Positions 7,266 through 15,624 of a stretch of 35,403 bases of DNA are shown piece after piece. This DNA comes from a bacterium (lineage in GTDB: Bacteria; Auribacterota; UBA3054), in assembly GCA_017444325.1 (NCBI GenBank), contig JAFSWV010000034.1, positions 1 through 35,403 on the forward strand, in the 5' to 3' direction. The position numbers and the translations under genes were made by a program. The notes below the pieces were generated by a model. It was given only the letters and a program-made list of their open reading frames with translations, did not search any database and was not told the origin of the DNA. Positions within the stretch are counted from its first letter, which is position 1, and each line of letters begins with the position of its first letter.

Positions 7266-7915
7266 GAGTCTGACAAGAGATCGTTCTGCAGCGCGTATCT
7301 TATCAATCCCGCCAGGGACCTCACCCCTATCTTCCCCATCAGCCTCTCCCTGTAAGTCGCCACCGTTTTCGGACTGAGAGCGAAATCTTTGGCGATCTTC
7401 GCAATTGAGTCGCCGCCCGTCAGTCTCTTTAGCACCATATATTCCCGCGTGGAAAAGGCCGGCCTTTTTCTGCCTGCCGTGCCGATATCGTTTTTGACCA
7501 TATAAGTTGTCAGCTTTTCCGCCGCGGCCCCCGACAAGAACGTCCCGCCGGCGGAAACCGTCCTCGCCGCCTTTATTATTTCGTCCTTGGAAGCTCTTTT
7601 GGAGATTATCCCTTTCACTCCGCTGCGCAATCCCAAAACGCTTGTGAACTCCTCATCTGCGGAGCAGAATAAAAGCAAGTGTGAGAACGGCGCTGTTTGC
7701 TTAAGCTCTTTTAGGGTCTCGCTGAGATCAGACTTGGGGAGAACGGAATCGACGATGATGAGATCGGGCGTCCGGTATTTAAGGATCGCCCTCATGGCGT
7801 ACACGTTTATGGCGTATCCCTTAAAATCAAAATCACCGGCCTCCTCGAGAATGCTTTTCAAACCGAGGGCCACTACTGGAAAATCGTCTATGACGATCAC
7901 GGATTTTTTGTTCAT
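7262..7915 (-). CDS. Two-component response regulator, NarL/FixJ (LuxR HTH) family. No cognate histidine kinase is in the window.
   Basis: 217 aa. The receiver domain has the acidic pair DD (residues 10-11), the phospho-acceptor context LIIVDSVLP and a conserved Lys (GIISK). The C-terminal LuxR-type HTH is STREYMVLKRLTGGDSIAKIAKDFALSPKTVATYRERLMGKIG. An AAGGAG RBS is present. Confidence 0.88.
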   Translation of the reverse strand: MNKKSVIVIDDFPVVALGLKSILEEAGDFDFKGYAINVYAMRAILKYRTPDLIIVDSVLPKSDLSETLKELKQTAPFSHLLLFCSADEEFTSVLGLRSGVKGIISKRASKDEIIKAARTVSAGGTFLSGAAAEKLTTYMVKNDIGTAGRKRPAFSTREYMVLKRLTGGDSIAKIAKDFALSPKTVATYRERLMGKIGVRSLAGLIRYALQNDLLSDS

Positions 7916-8067
7916 TGGCGCATCTCCTTATTTGGGCATTTTTCTTTAATTTTCCAAGAAGTTCGTCAATTTTTCCAGCTTTTTGCGATTTTCTATAAAA
8001 AGGCCTATACAAAGTAGGAGTTTTTACATCCAGACTCTGCTTCAGAATTTTGTTATGGCCTTGATTT

Positions 8068-8076
8068 TGGTACAAT
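8068..8076 (+). promoter_or_regulatory. Possible extended -10 element (TGgTACAAT) upstream of rpoN
   Basis: TGGTACAAT lies 23 nt upstream of the rpoN ATG. I found no good -35 box and no obvious Shine-Dalgarno sequence in the short leader. Confidence 0.3.
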
Positions 8077-8098
8077 AAGTACTGAACTAGCAATTTTC

Positions 8099-9622
8099 AT
8101 GCCTGACGAGAATTCATATAATCCGAAGCCGGATCTGGCCCTGGACCTAAACGTCCGCACCGAACAGCGCCTCTCCCAACAGCAGCGCCAGGCCATACAG
8201 CTTTTGCAGTCACCCAGAGCCGAGCTTGAGACGATCGTAAAGAAAGAGCTGGACACCAATCCGGCCCTTGAGGAATATTATCCCGAAGAAGACGACGGCG
8301 AAGACGAAATGTTCGCAAACGCCTTCTCCCCGGACAGCCAGGACAAAGCGGAAAAAGAAAGCGAAAGCAGAAAAAGCGAATATGCCGACCGCCTCGAAAC
8401 GGACGAAAGCGAAGAAGGCGAAAAAGCGCTGGACAAACTGAACGAAGAGGACGAAGACTGGCAGGACTATTACCGCGAGGAAGCCGGCGAAGACATTGCC
8501 TACTCCGACCAGAAGACGCTGCAAAAAAACTACGATTTCGTCATGAACTCTCTCTCGGCTCCCTCGACGCTTGCCGACGATCTGAAGGACCAGTTCGCTC
8601 TGGACCTTCCCGAAGAATACGAGCCCGTTTACACCTATCTCATATCCAGCCTTGACGAGAAGGGCTTCCTTACGGAGACCGCCAAAGAAATGGCGGAAAA
8701 GCTAGGCGTTCCCAAGGCGAAAATGGAAAAGGCCATAAAGCTTCTGCAAAGCTACGATCCGCCCGGCCTTGGCGCCGTCAACTTAAGGGAAAGCTTCCTC
8801 CTGCAGCTGGAAAGGAAAAGCCTTGGCAATTCAACCGCCTATGCCATTATCCGCGACCATTACGAGGACATGCTCCACCAGCGCTTCCCGGCAATAATGA
8901 ACAGCCTGAAAATCGGCAAAGAAGAGCTTAAAGACGCCCTTGAAACGATAGGAAGCCTGGATTTCCGTCCCGGCAGGGATCTGACTTACATTAAGCCGGA
9001 AAACGCCGTGGCTGACGTCATAGTCAGGGAAAATGAAGACGGCTCCTTCGTAACGGAAATGAACGACGACCGTTTCCCCTATGTCAGGATCTCGAAAAGC
9101 TATGTAAACGCCATGCACGCAAAAGACGAAAAAAGCCGCGCCTTCGCAAGAGACAGGATAAAAGCCGGAAAGAATTTCATCGGGCAGCTGCAATTCTGCA
9201 AACGCACGATCCTGCGCGTCGCTGAAGCGATCGTCGCCCATCAGGAAGATTTTCTCAGAAACGGCCCCGGGCACATGCGCCCGCTTACTATGCACGAACT
9301 GGCCGAGGAGCTTGAACTCAGCGACTCCACCGTAAGCAGGACCATCTCCAAAAAATACATGGACACGCCGCAGGGGCTTATGGAAATGAAGGACTTCTTC
9401 AGCCGCGTCGCGACGAGCGAAAACGGCAGTGAGACCTCCGGGGCGGACGCCAAAAATCTGCTGCGCGAAATAGTGGACGGCGAAGACAAAGGAAAGCCCT
9501 ACGGCGACGACGAGATCGCGAAGATCATGGCGGAAAGGGGCTGTCCCATCGCCCGCCGCACCGTTGTGAAATACAGGGAAGCGCTGGGAATTCCCTCAAG
9601 CAGGCTGAGGAAGAGGCTATGA
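8099..9622 (+). CDS. rpoN: RNA polymerase sigma-54 factor
   Basis: 507 aa. Gln-rich region I is LSQQQRQAIQLLQSPRAELE. Region II is long and acidic. The C-terminal RpoN box is ARRTVVKYREALGIPSS. Confidence 0.93.
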   Translation: MPDENSYNPKPDLALDLNVRTEQRLSQQQRQAIQLLQSPRAELETIVKKELDTNPALEEYYPEEDDGEDEMFANAFSPDSQDKAEKESESRKSEYADRLETDESEEGEKALDKLNEEDEDWQDYYREEAGEDIAYSDQKTLQKNYDFVMNSLSAPSTLADDLKDQFALDLPEEYEPVYTYLISSLDEKGFLTETAKEMAEKLGVPKAKMEKAIKLLQSYDPPGLGAVNLRESFLLQLERKSLGNSTAYAIIRDHYEDMLHQRFPAIMNSLKIGKEELKDALETIGSLDFRPGRDLTYIKPENAVADVIVRENEDGSFVTEMNDDRFPYVRISKSYVNAMHAKDEKSRAFARDRIKAGKNFIGQLQFCKRTILRVAEAIVAHQEDFLRNGPGHMRPLTMHELAEELELSDSTVSRTISKKYMDTPQGLMEMKDFFSRVATSENGSETSGADAKNLLREIVDGEDKGKPYGDDEIAKIMAERGCPIARRTVVKYREALGIPSSRLRKRL

Positions 9623-10725
9623 GAAAATCGCTTTTAGTGCTTCTTCTGCTCGCCGCTTTGTCTTCCCAAGCCGAAGACGCCCTGGAAAAGGGGCGCGACC
9701 TTCTCTACTCGGCGCGCTTTTCCGAAGCTGAGAACCTTTTCCTCAAAGAGCAGAAAAAATCCCCTGATGACATCGCCCCCCTTTTTTGTCTGGCCGCCTC
9801 CACTCTCGGTTCTATAGTCATGTACGGGGAGGACGAAGAAAAGTTGGAGCTTCTCGAACGGAGGTTAAATGATTGCTGCGAGATTTGCCTGACGCTCCTG
9901 AAGAAGAACGACTCCCCTGAAACATACCTTTATTCCGCAGTGGTTTTTCTCATGCGCGCTTCCATGGAAGCGCGATCGGACCGTACTGCCAACACGATGA
10001 TCTGGCTGAAACGCGCTCTTACCCAAATAATGCGGGCGCAGCGGTTCGAAGAGACGGCCGCGGACGCCAACATGCTGAATTCCGCCTTCAACTGCGTTAT
10101 GGACACCGCACCCTGGCCGCTTCCCATGTGCATAGGCTGGATCATACAGCCGGCCAGCCTCAGCAAAAGTTTGGCTACGATCGAAGAGCAGTTTGAAAAA
10201 AATCCCCGTTTTGAAACGGAAATGCGCATCTTCCTTATCTGGGAATACTGCCGGGAAGGTTACCCCAGATGCGCTTCAGGGCATCTAAATTATTTGAAAA
10301 AGCGTTATCCCAATTCCCCCTTTGTCGAAATAATGAGCATAAGAACGGAGCTCAGTTTCGGCAACCACCAGGGGTCCTTTGCCTCTGCAACGAATTTCTA
10401 CGCCCGCTGCCGGAGCAAAACCGCCTGGCGCGACCTGACGCCCGACGCCGCCTTCCTCTCTGGTTCCGCCGCCCTCTCCCTGGGCTTCAGCATGAGCGCT
10501 GAGAAATGGTTTGAGATAGCGATAAAAGAAGGAATGAAAAAGCCAAGGATCCAGGCCGCCGCCCAGCTGATGCTCGGAAAATGCGCCGACCAAAGAGGCG
10601 AACGCGACGAGGCGCTGCGCCGCTACGCCCTCGTCCACATCCACAAGGGCGCCAGCCCGCTTCTGAAAAGCTTCGCCACGAAACTGCAAAAGAGAGCCTG
10701 CGATCCGAGACAGGTGATCTATTAG
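9619..10725 (+). CDS. Secreted helical-repeat (TPR-like) protein of unknown function
   Basis: 368 aa. The signal peptide is MRKSLLVLLLLAALSSQAEDA. The body has a helical-repeat-like composition. Its start overlaps the rpoN stop (ATGA). Confidence 0.65.
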   Translation: MRKSLLVLLLLAALSSQAEDALEKGRDLLYSARFSEAENLFLKEQKKSPDDIAPLFCLAASTLGSIVMYGEDEEKLELLERRLNDCCEICLTLLKKNDSPETYLYSAVVFLMRASMEARSDRTANTMIWLKRALTQIMRAQRFEETAADANMLNSAFNCVMDTAPWPLPMCIGWIIQPASLSKSLATIEEQFEKNPRFETEMRIFLIWEYCREGYPRCASGHLNYLKKRYPNSPFVEIMSIRTELSFGNHQGSFASATNFYARCRSKTAWRDLTPDAAFLSGSAALSLGFSMSAEKWFEIAIKEGMKKPRIQAAAQLMLGKCADQRGERDEALRRYALVHIHKGASPLLKSFATKLQKRACDPRQVIY

Positions 10726-10734
10726 GAGAAAGCA

Positions 10735-11547
10735 ATGAATGAACCGCAACTGATAACCAGCCGACGCGCTGCAATAATAGACCTGGCGCTCTCGTTAAGG
10801 GAAAAGAAAGGACGCGCCGAGCACGGACTCTGCTTCGCCGAGGGCGCGGTCGCGGCTGATTACGCCCTTAAGATCAAAAGCGCTATAAAAGGCGTGCTGT
10901 TGTCTCAGGAAGCGACGGCAAAATGCGCCGCGCTCGCCAAGAAGGCCGCCTCCCGTTCAGTCCCCTTCTATCTTCTTACCAAGGAGTGTTTCGAAAAGGT
11001 AAGCGTGCTGAAGAATCCTGAAGGATTGGCGCTTCTTGTTGAACCAGCAGAGCTTTTTTCAGAAACTTCCCAGCTTCCGAAAGAAGGCCCCATTGCCTGC
11101 CTCTGGCAGCTTCAGGATCCCGGCAACTTAGGCACGATAATAAGGAGCGCCGCCTCATTCGGCTGCAAAGACTTCCTGCTCGTCAAAAACAGCGTTTCGC
11201 ATCTCCATCCCCTCTGCATAAGGGCAAGCGCCGGCGCGGCTCTCGACTCGCGTTTCCTCTACCTGGACGAGGATGAGGCCATGCAATACCTGATGGATAA
11301 TTCCGACAGAGTCTGCGCTCTTTCAGGCGAGGGAAGTTCAATTAAATTTGATTTGTGCTATAATAATGGTGTAAATAAGGTTATAGTTTCAGGCAACGAG
11401 CCGCACGGCTTGCCAGAGCGCGCAAGGAAAAGCCTTCCGCTCTTCTCCATCCCGACGGAGGGAAGCGTGGAAAGCTTAAACGTGACGGCGGCCTCGGCTA
11501 TCGCCTACTATGTCTTCTGGTCGCAGAGAGCCCCCAAAGAAAAATGA
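10735..11547 (+). CDS. TrmH/SpoU-family RNA 2'-O-methyltransferase (substrate unknown)
   Basis: SpoU methylase motifs are present: LQDPGNLGTIIRSAASFG, VIVSGNEPHGLPE and SLNVTAASAIAYY. An AGGAGA RBS precedes the start. Confidence 0.85.
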   Translation: MNEPQLITSRRAAIIDLALSLREKKGRAEHGLCFAEGAVAADYALKIKSAIKGVLLSQEATAKCAALAKKAASRSVPFYLLTKECFEKVSVLKNPEGLALLVEPAELFSETSQLPKEGPIACLWQLQDPGNLGTIIRSAASFGCKDFLLVKNSVSHLHPLCIRASAGAALDSRFLYLDEDEAMQYLMDNSDRVCALSGEGSSIKFDLCYNNGVNKVIVSGNEPHGLPERARKSLPLFSIPTEGSVESLNVTAASAIAYYVFWSQRAPKEK

Positions 11548-11753
11548 ACGTTCTCCACTACCATGTACACATCCTGACGGTTCCCGATCCAAAGATGAGC
11601 GAGGAATTGAAAAAGAACCACTGCGTCAGCAGGGCTATCATCAGCGAGCTTGACGACACCCATTGGCTCGTGGCGGAGAAGCACATTCCCGACATCGAGC
11701 GTCAGTGCGCCCGCATGAACATCCCCATAAAAGTCATCATCCATGGAAAGTGA
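11544..11753 (+). CDS. Small hypothetical protein (69 aa), translationally coupled on both sides
   Basis: The start overlaps the TrmH-family stop (ATGA), and the last 11 nt overlap the start of the next gene. Third codon positions are G/C-rich, as in neighbouring genes. I recognise no motif. Confidence 0.55.
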   Translation: MNVLHYHVHILTVPDPKMSEELKKNHCVSRAIISELDDTHWLVAEKHIPDIERQCARMNIPIKVIIHGK

Positions 11754-13920
11754 TTCTCTCGACATCATCCATCTTTTCAAGCTGGCAAACGAAAGGCATT
11801 CCCTCAAGCAGATGTTCAAAGTCTGGCTCTCCAAGCGTCAGCTGGAAGACGGCGAGAACATGTACGGCGTCCATTACATGGAAGCTGTGGCGGACAAAGA
11901 AAAGCGCCGGGCTGTCCTCAAGAAACTCTCTCCCCAGGCCTACGCGCTGATAGCTGTCCTGAGGCACCGCTACGGGCTGCGCTATAAGATAAATCCCGCG
12001 GAGCCTACTTCGCCCTTGGCGATGGAGGACGTCGGGCAGAGGAGCGGATGCATTATGCGCTGCTGTGAACTGCAGTACCATGCCGGCGCCTTTACCAAAG
12101 GGCTTGACCTTTCCCACATCGCCGAGCTGCACTATTACGGCGTCGCTTTCTTCACCGACCCTTCGCTCTGGCCGCCCGACGTCTTCACGCAGAATCACCT
12201 GGAAGGCGAAATAATCCTGGCGCCATTTTTTGACAATGACGAGATCCCGCTTCCGGAACCGAGGCTGGATGACATTATCTGCTACGATCTTCCCGAGAAC
12301 GTCAATCCGGAGTTTTCCGGAAAAATGTGCCGCTGGCTCGACAGCTTTCTGTCCCTGGCGGAAAAAGGGTACCTGCGCTACAGCAACCTGCGGCGTTTCT
12401 ATGCCTTCAGCCGCGACATGCTGGAAAAACGCTTCGCCAACGTCAAGGATAGGGACTTGCTTTTCGAATACGTGCTGCGTTTCGGCATAGACTCCAGGAT
12501 CCTCTGCATGGATTCTTCCGGCGTCATCGCCCCCGGCCCGAACCTTTCCAAATTCCGTCTCCTTCCTCTCGGGGCCCAGATGAAAAAATACGTGGAATGG
12601 CGCAACGCCTGCCCGTCTGTCTGGAACAATGAAGGCGACTGCCGCATAGCCTCCCTGGAACTTTACCTGGTGAACATATACACCCGCCTGCTGAGGCAGT
12701 ACGCCGGGCATTGGCTTTCCGTTGATGAAGTCCTGAAAGTGATCGAGAGAGAAATAAAAGACTGCTATTCCGTTGGCGGCAAAAAGAAAACCTGGGGCTG
12801 GGAAAGCGCTAATCTCAAGGATTGCACAAAGGAAGAAATGCGCCAGATCTTCGACCATGAACTGAAACAGCGCTTCTTCATTCCCGGCATAACCTACCAC
12901 TGCACCACTTCGGATGGGAAGGAGTATGTTACGCTTACCGAACTCGGTGAAGCCATAGTCTGCGACGCCCCGATCCCAAGTTACGACTCCAGTAAGCTGC
13001 AGCTCGTAGTAAAAAACGATTTCGAGATCGTACTCATCAATTCCGGGCGCTGGGACTACGTCCGCTATTTTCTTTCCCTCTTCATGGACATGGACCCCAA
13101 ATCCAACCATGCCAGCTCGCTCTTTTACCTTAAGCAGAAAAACATCCGCGACGCCGCCTCGCTAGGCCGTCCCGTCAGCATGCTGATAGACTTCCTTAAA
13201 AAATACGCCACCGCACCTATCCCGGAAAATGTGCTCGCCACCCTTAAAGACTGGGTGATGGGCGAAGTGACGCTTCACAAGGACGCCTGCTTTTTTGCTT
13301 TCGACAGACCCGAGGACGCCCAGCGGCTTTTGCAAAAGTATCCCAAATCTTTTTCCTTAATGGGAAACAACATGCTTCTTTGCTACATGAGCGACGACAA
13401 TATCATGAAGCTCATGAACTCCAACCGCATCAGCGCCGTGGATTATTCCATCCCTGTGACCGGTACCATAACGGTCACCAGGGACAACGAAGTCATTTTC
13501 AATCATTCCAACGATCTCAGGATAAAGGCGCTCGGCCTTGAGATCGCCGACGAAACTACTGATGAAAAGGGCCGCAAGCACTATTATCTCTCGCACGACA
13601 AACTCGCCTCCATCCAGAATCCCAAGATCTTCTACCAAAGGCTGTCGAGGCTGTTCTCCTCCGACACCGACATGGTCATGAAGCTCCGCATCATGCGAAG
13701 CATGGGCCTGTTCTACAGCCGTGGAGCCGTTACCGTACTTATGAACTGCCCGACGCAGACGAAGCAGCAGCTTCAGCGCCACATCTCCTGGTATCGTAAT
13801 TTCAGCGCGCAGGTCGGCCTCGGTCAGTTCGTAGTCAAAGAGGAAAGCTTAAACGAAGTGCGCCAAGCCATGACGAAAATAACAGACAAAAGAGCGGTGC
13901 TGCAGACTTTCCAACTGTAA
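11743..13920 (+). CDS. XPB-associated protein carrying an internal copy of the XPB N-terminal (damage-recognition-like) domain. The remaining regions are unrecognised.
   Basis: 725 aa. Residues 422-503 (nt 13006-13251) align without gaps to residues 9-90 of the downstream XPB helicase, ending ...Y-x3-P-[LI]-P-E-x-[LV]-L-A-x-[IL]-K-D. I found no Walker A or nuclease motif. The - strand ORF 11737..13110 is an antisense shadow. Confidence 0.65.
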   Translation: MESDSLDIIHLFKLANERHSLKQMFKVWLSKRQLEDGENMYGVHYMEAVADKEKRRAVLKKLSPQAYALIAVLRHRYGLRYKINPAEPTSPLAMEDVGQRSGCIMRCCELQYHAGAFTKGLDLSHIAELHYYGVAFFTDPSLWPPDVFTQNHLEGEIILAPFFDNDEIPLPEPRLDDIICYDLPENVNPEFSGKMCRWLDSFLSLAEKGYLRYSNLRRFYAFSRDMLEKRFANVKDRDLLFEYVLRFGIDSRILCMDSSGVIAPGPNLSKFRLLPLGAQMKKYVEWRNACPSVWNNEGDCRIASLELYLVNIYTRLLRQYAGHWLSVDEVLKVIEREIKDCYSVGGKKKTWGWESANLKDCTKEEMRQIFDHELKQRFFIPGITYHCTTSDGKEYVTLTELGEAIVCDAPIPSYDSSKLQLVVKNDFEIVLINSGRWDYVRYFLSLFMDMDPKSNHASSLFYLKQKNIRDAASLGRPVSMLIDFLKKYATAPIPENVLATLKDWVMGEVTLHKDACFFAFDRPEDAQRLLQKYPKSFSLMGNNMLLCYMSDDNIMKLMNSNRISAVDYSIPVTGTITVTRDNEVIFNHSNDLRIKALGLEIADETTDEKGRKHYYLSHDKLASIQNPKIFYQRLSRLFSSDTDMVMKLRIMRSMGLFYSRGAVTVLMNCPTQTKQQLQRHISWYRNFSAQVGLGQFVVKEESLNEVRQAMTKITDKRAVLQTFQL

Positions 13921-13926
13921 TTCAAA

Positions 13927-15609
13927 ATGCCAAATCTATCCAACCCTGTAATAGTCCAAAGCGACCTCACCGTTCTATTAGAAGTCGACAATCCCCTCTT
14001 CCCGGAAGCCCGGGACGCCCTGGCGCGTTTTGCGGAGCTGGAAAAAAGCCCCGAGCACATCCATACCTACCGCATAAGCAACATATCTTTGTGGAACGCC
14101 ATCGCCTCGGGGCTGACGCCCGATGAACTTATCGTCCTGCTTGACAGATACAGCAAGTTCCCGCTTCCGGAAGGCCTTTTGGCCAACATCAAGGACATTA
14201 GCTCCCGTTACGGGAAAATGGTCATCGCCCCGGCCGAAGGCGACTGGCTCAGGCTTTACTCGACCGACGATACGGTCGCCCGCTATGTTTCGGCGCATCC
14301 GAAGATCTCGCAGCTTTTGACGCATGATGTAGAAGGCTACGGACAGTATATCTCCTGGCTGGTCGATAAGAAATACCGCGGCGAGATCAAGCGACTCCTA
14401 ACGCAATTCGGTTATCCCGTCAAGGACCTTGTCGGCTACGAACCGGGCGACGCTTATCACTTCCATCTCAAGCCGGAAAGCGAGAGCGGTTTCGCCATCA
14501 GGAAATACCAGGAACTGGCCGTGGAGAATTTCTACAAGGGCGGCTCCGTCGAGGGCGGCTGCGGCGTGGTGGTGATGCCCTGCGGTTCAGGCAAAACGAT
14601 AATCGGCATCTGCGCCATGGCCAGGCTTCAGACCTGCACGCTCGTTCTCTCCGCCAACATTACCGCGCTGCGCCAGTGGCGCGAGGAACTTTTGGACAAG
14701 ACCGACATCCCGCCAGAGGACATCGCTGAATACTCCGGACAGATCAAGAAGATCGCGCCGATAACGCTAGCCACTTACCAGATCCTCACCTACCATCCGG
14801 AAAAGAGCAGCGACGACTTCCCGCATTTCAAGCTCTTCCACAAACGCAACTGGGGACTGATTATCTACGATGAAGTGCATCTTTTGCCGGCGCCGGTCTT
14901 CAGGATCACAAGCGACATCCAGGCCAGAAGACGCCTGGGACTTACCGCCACCCTCGTCAGGGAAGACGGCAAGGAGGGCGAAGTCTTCAGTCTAGTCGGA
15001 CCGAAACGCTACGACGTTCCCTGGAAGGAACTGGAGAGCCAGCAATGGCTCGCCGCTGCCAAATGCACGGAGATAAGGATCCCTCTCTCCGAGGAGAGCC
15101 AGTGCGACTACGCCGTCGCCAGCGACAGAGTGCGCTTCAGGATCGCGTCTGAAAATCCCAAGAAGACCGAAGTCGTAAAGCAGCTTTTGAAGCGGCACAA
15201 GGGCGCCCACATACTTATCATCGGCCAGTACATCGGGCAGCTCACCAAGTTGTCCAAAGAACTTAATATCCCGCTCCTTACCGGCTCGGCGACCCAGGAC
15301 AAGCGCGACCGCTATTACGGCATGTTCAAGAAGGGCGAGATCGACGTCCTCATTGTTTCCAAGATCGGCAACATCGCCGTCGATCTTCCGGACGCCAACG
15401 TCGCCATCCAGATCTCCGGCACTTTCGGCTCCCGTCAGGAAGAGGCCCAGCGCTTGGGCCGCATTCTGAGGCCTAAGCCGGGACCGAACAGCGCTTATTT
15501 CTACACCATCGTCACCCAGAACTCCATGGAACAGGATTTCGCCCTTAACCGGCAGATGTTCCTGACGGAGCAGGGCTACGAATACCGAATCGAAAGATTT
15601 AACCAATAA
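13927..15609 (+). CDS. XPB/Rad25/ERCC3-type superfamily-2 DNA helicase/translocase
   Basis: 560 aa. Motifs seen: Walker A (MPCGSGKT), motif II (DEVH), motif III plus the XPB-specific RED motif (GLTATLVRED), a thumb-like insert (VGPKRYDVPWKELESQQWLA) and motif VI (QEEAQRLGRILR). The N-terminal domain is typical of bacterial and archaeal XPB. Confidence 0.9.
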   Translation: MPNLSNPVIVQSDLTVLLEVDNPLFPEARDALARFAELEKSPEHIHTYRISNISLWNAIASGLTPDELIVLLDRYSKFPLPEGLLANIKDISSRYGKMVIAPAEGDWLRLYSTDDTVARYVSAHPKISQLLTHDVEGYGQYISWLVDKKYRGEIKRLLTQFGYPVKDLVGYEPGDAYHFHLKPESESGFAIRKYQELAVENFYKGGSVEGGCGVVVMPCGSGKTIIGICAMARLQTCTLVLSANITALRQWREELLDKTDIPPEDIAEYSGQIKKIAPITLATYQILTYHPEKSSDDFPHFKLFHKRNWGLIIYDEVHLLPAPVFRITSDIQARRRLGLTATLVREDGKEGEVFSLVGPKRYDVPWKELESQQWLAAAKCTEIRIPLSEESQCDYAVASDRVRFRIASENPKKTEVVKQLLKRHKGAHILIIGQYIGQLTKLSKELNIPLLTGSATQDKRDRYYGMFKKGEIDVLIVSKIGNIAVDLPDANVAIQISGTFGSRQEEAQRLGRILRPKPGPNSAYFYTIVTQNSMEQDFALNRQMFLTEQGYEYRIERFNQ

Positions 15610-15624
15610 CATAAGGCTAAAAAT

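Noticed and set aside
8057-8072. A sigma-54-like motif, TGGCCTTGATTTTGG, upstream of rpoN.
   Set aside because: The invariant C of the -12 GC dinucleotide is replaced (TTGG instead of TTGC). An extended -10 sigma-70 element fits the same region better.
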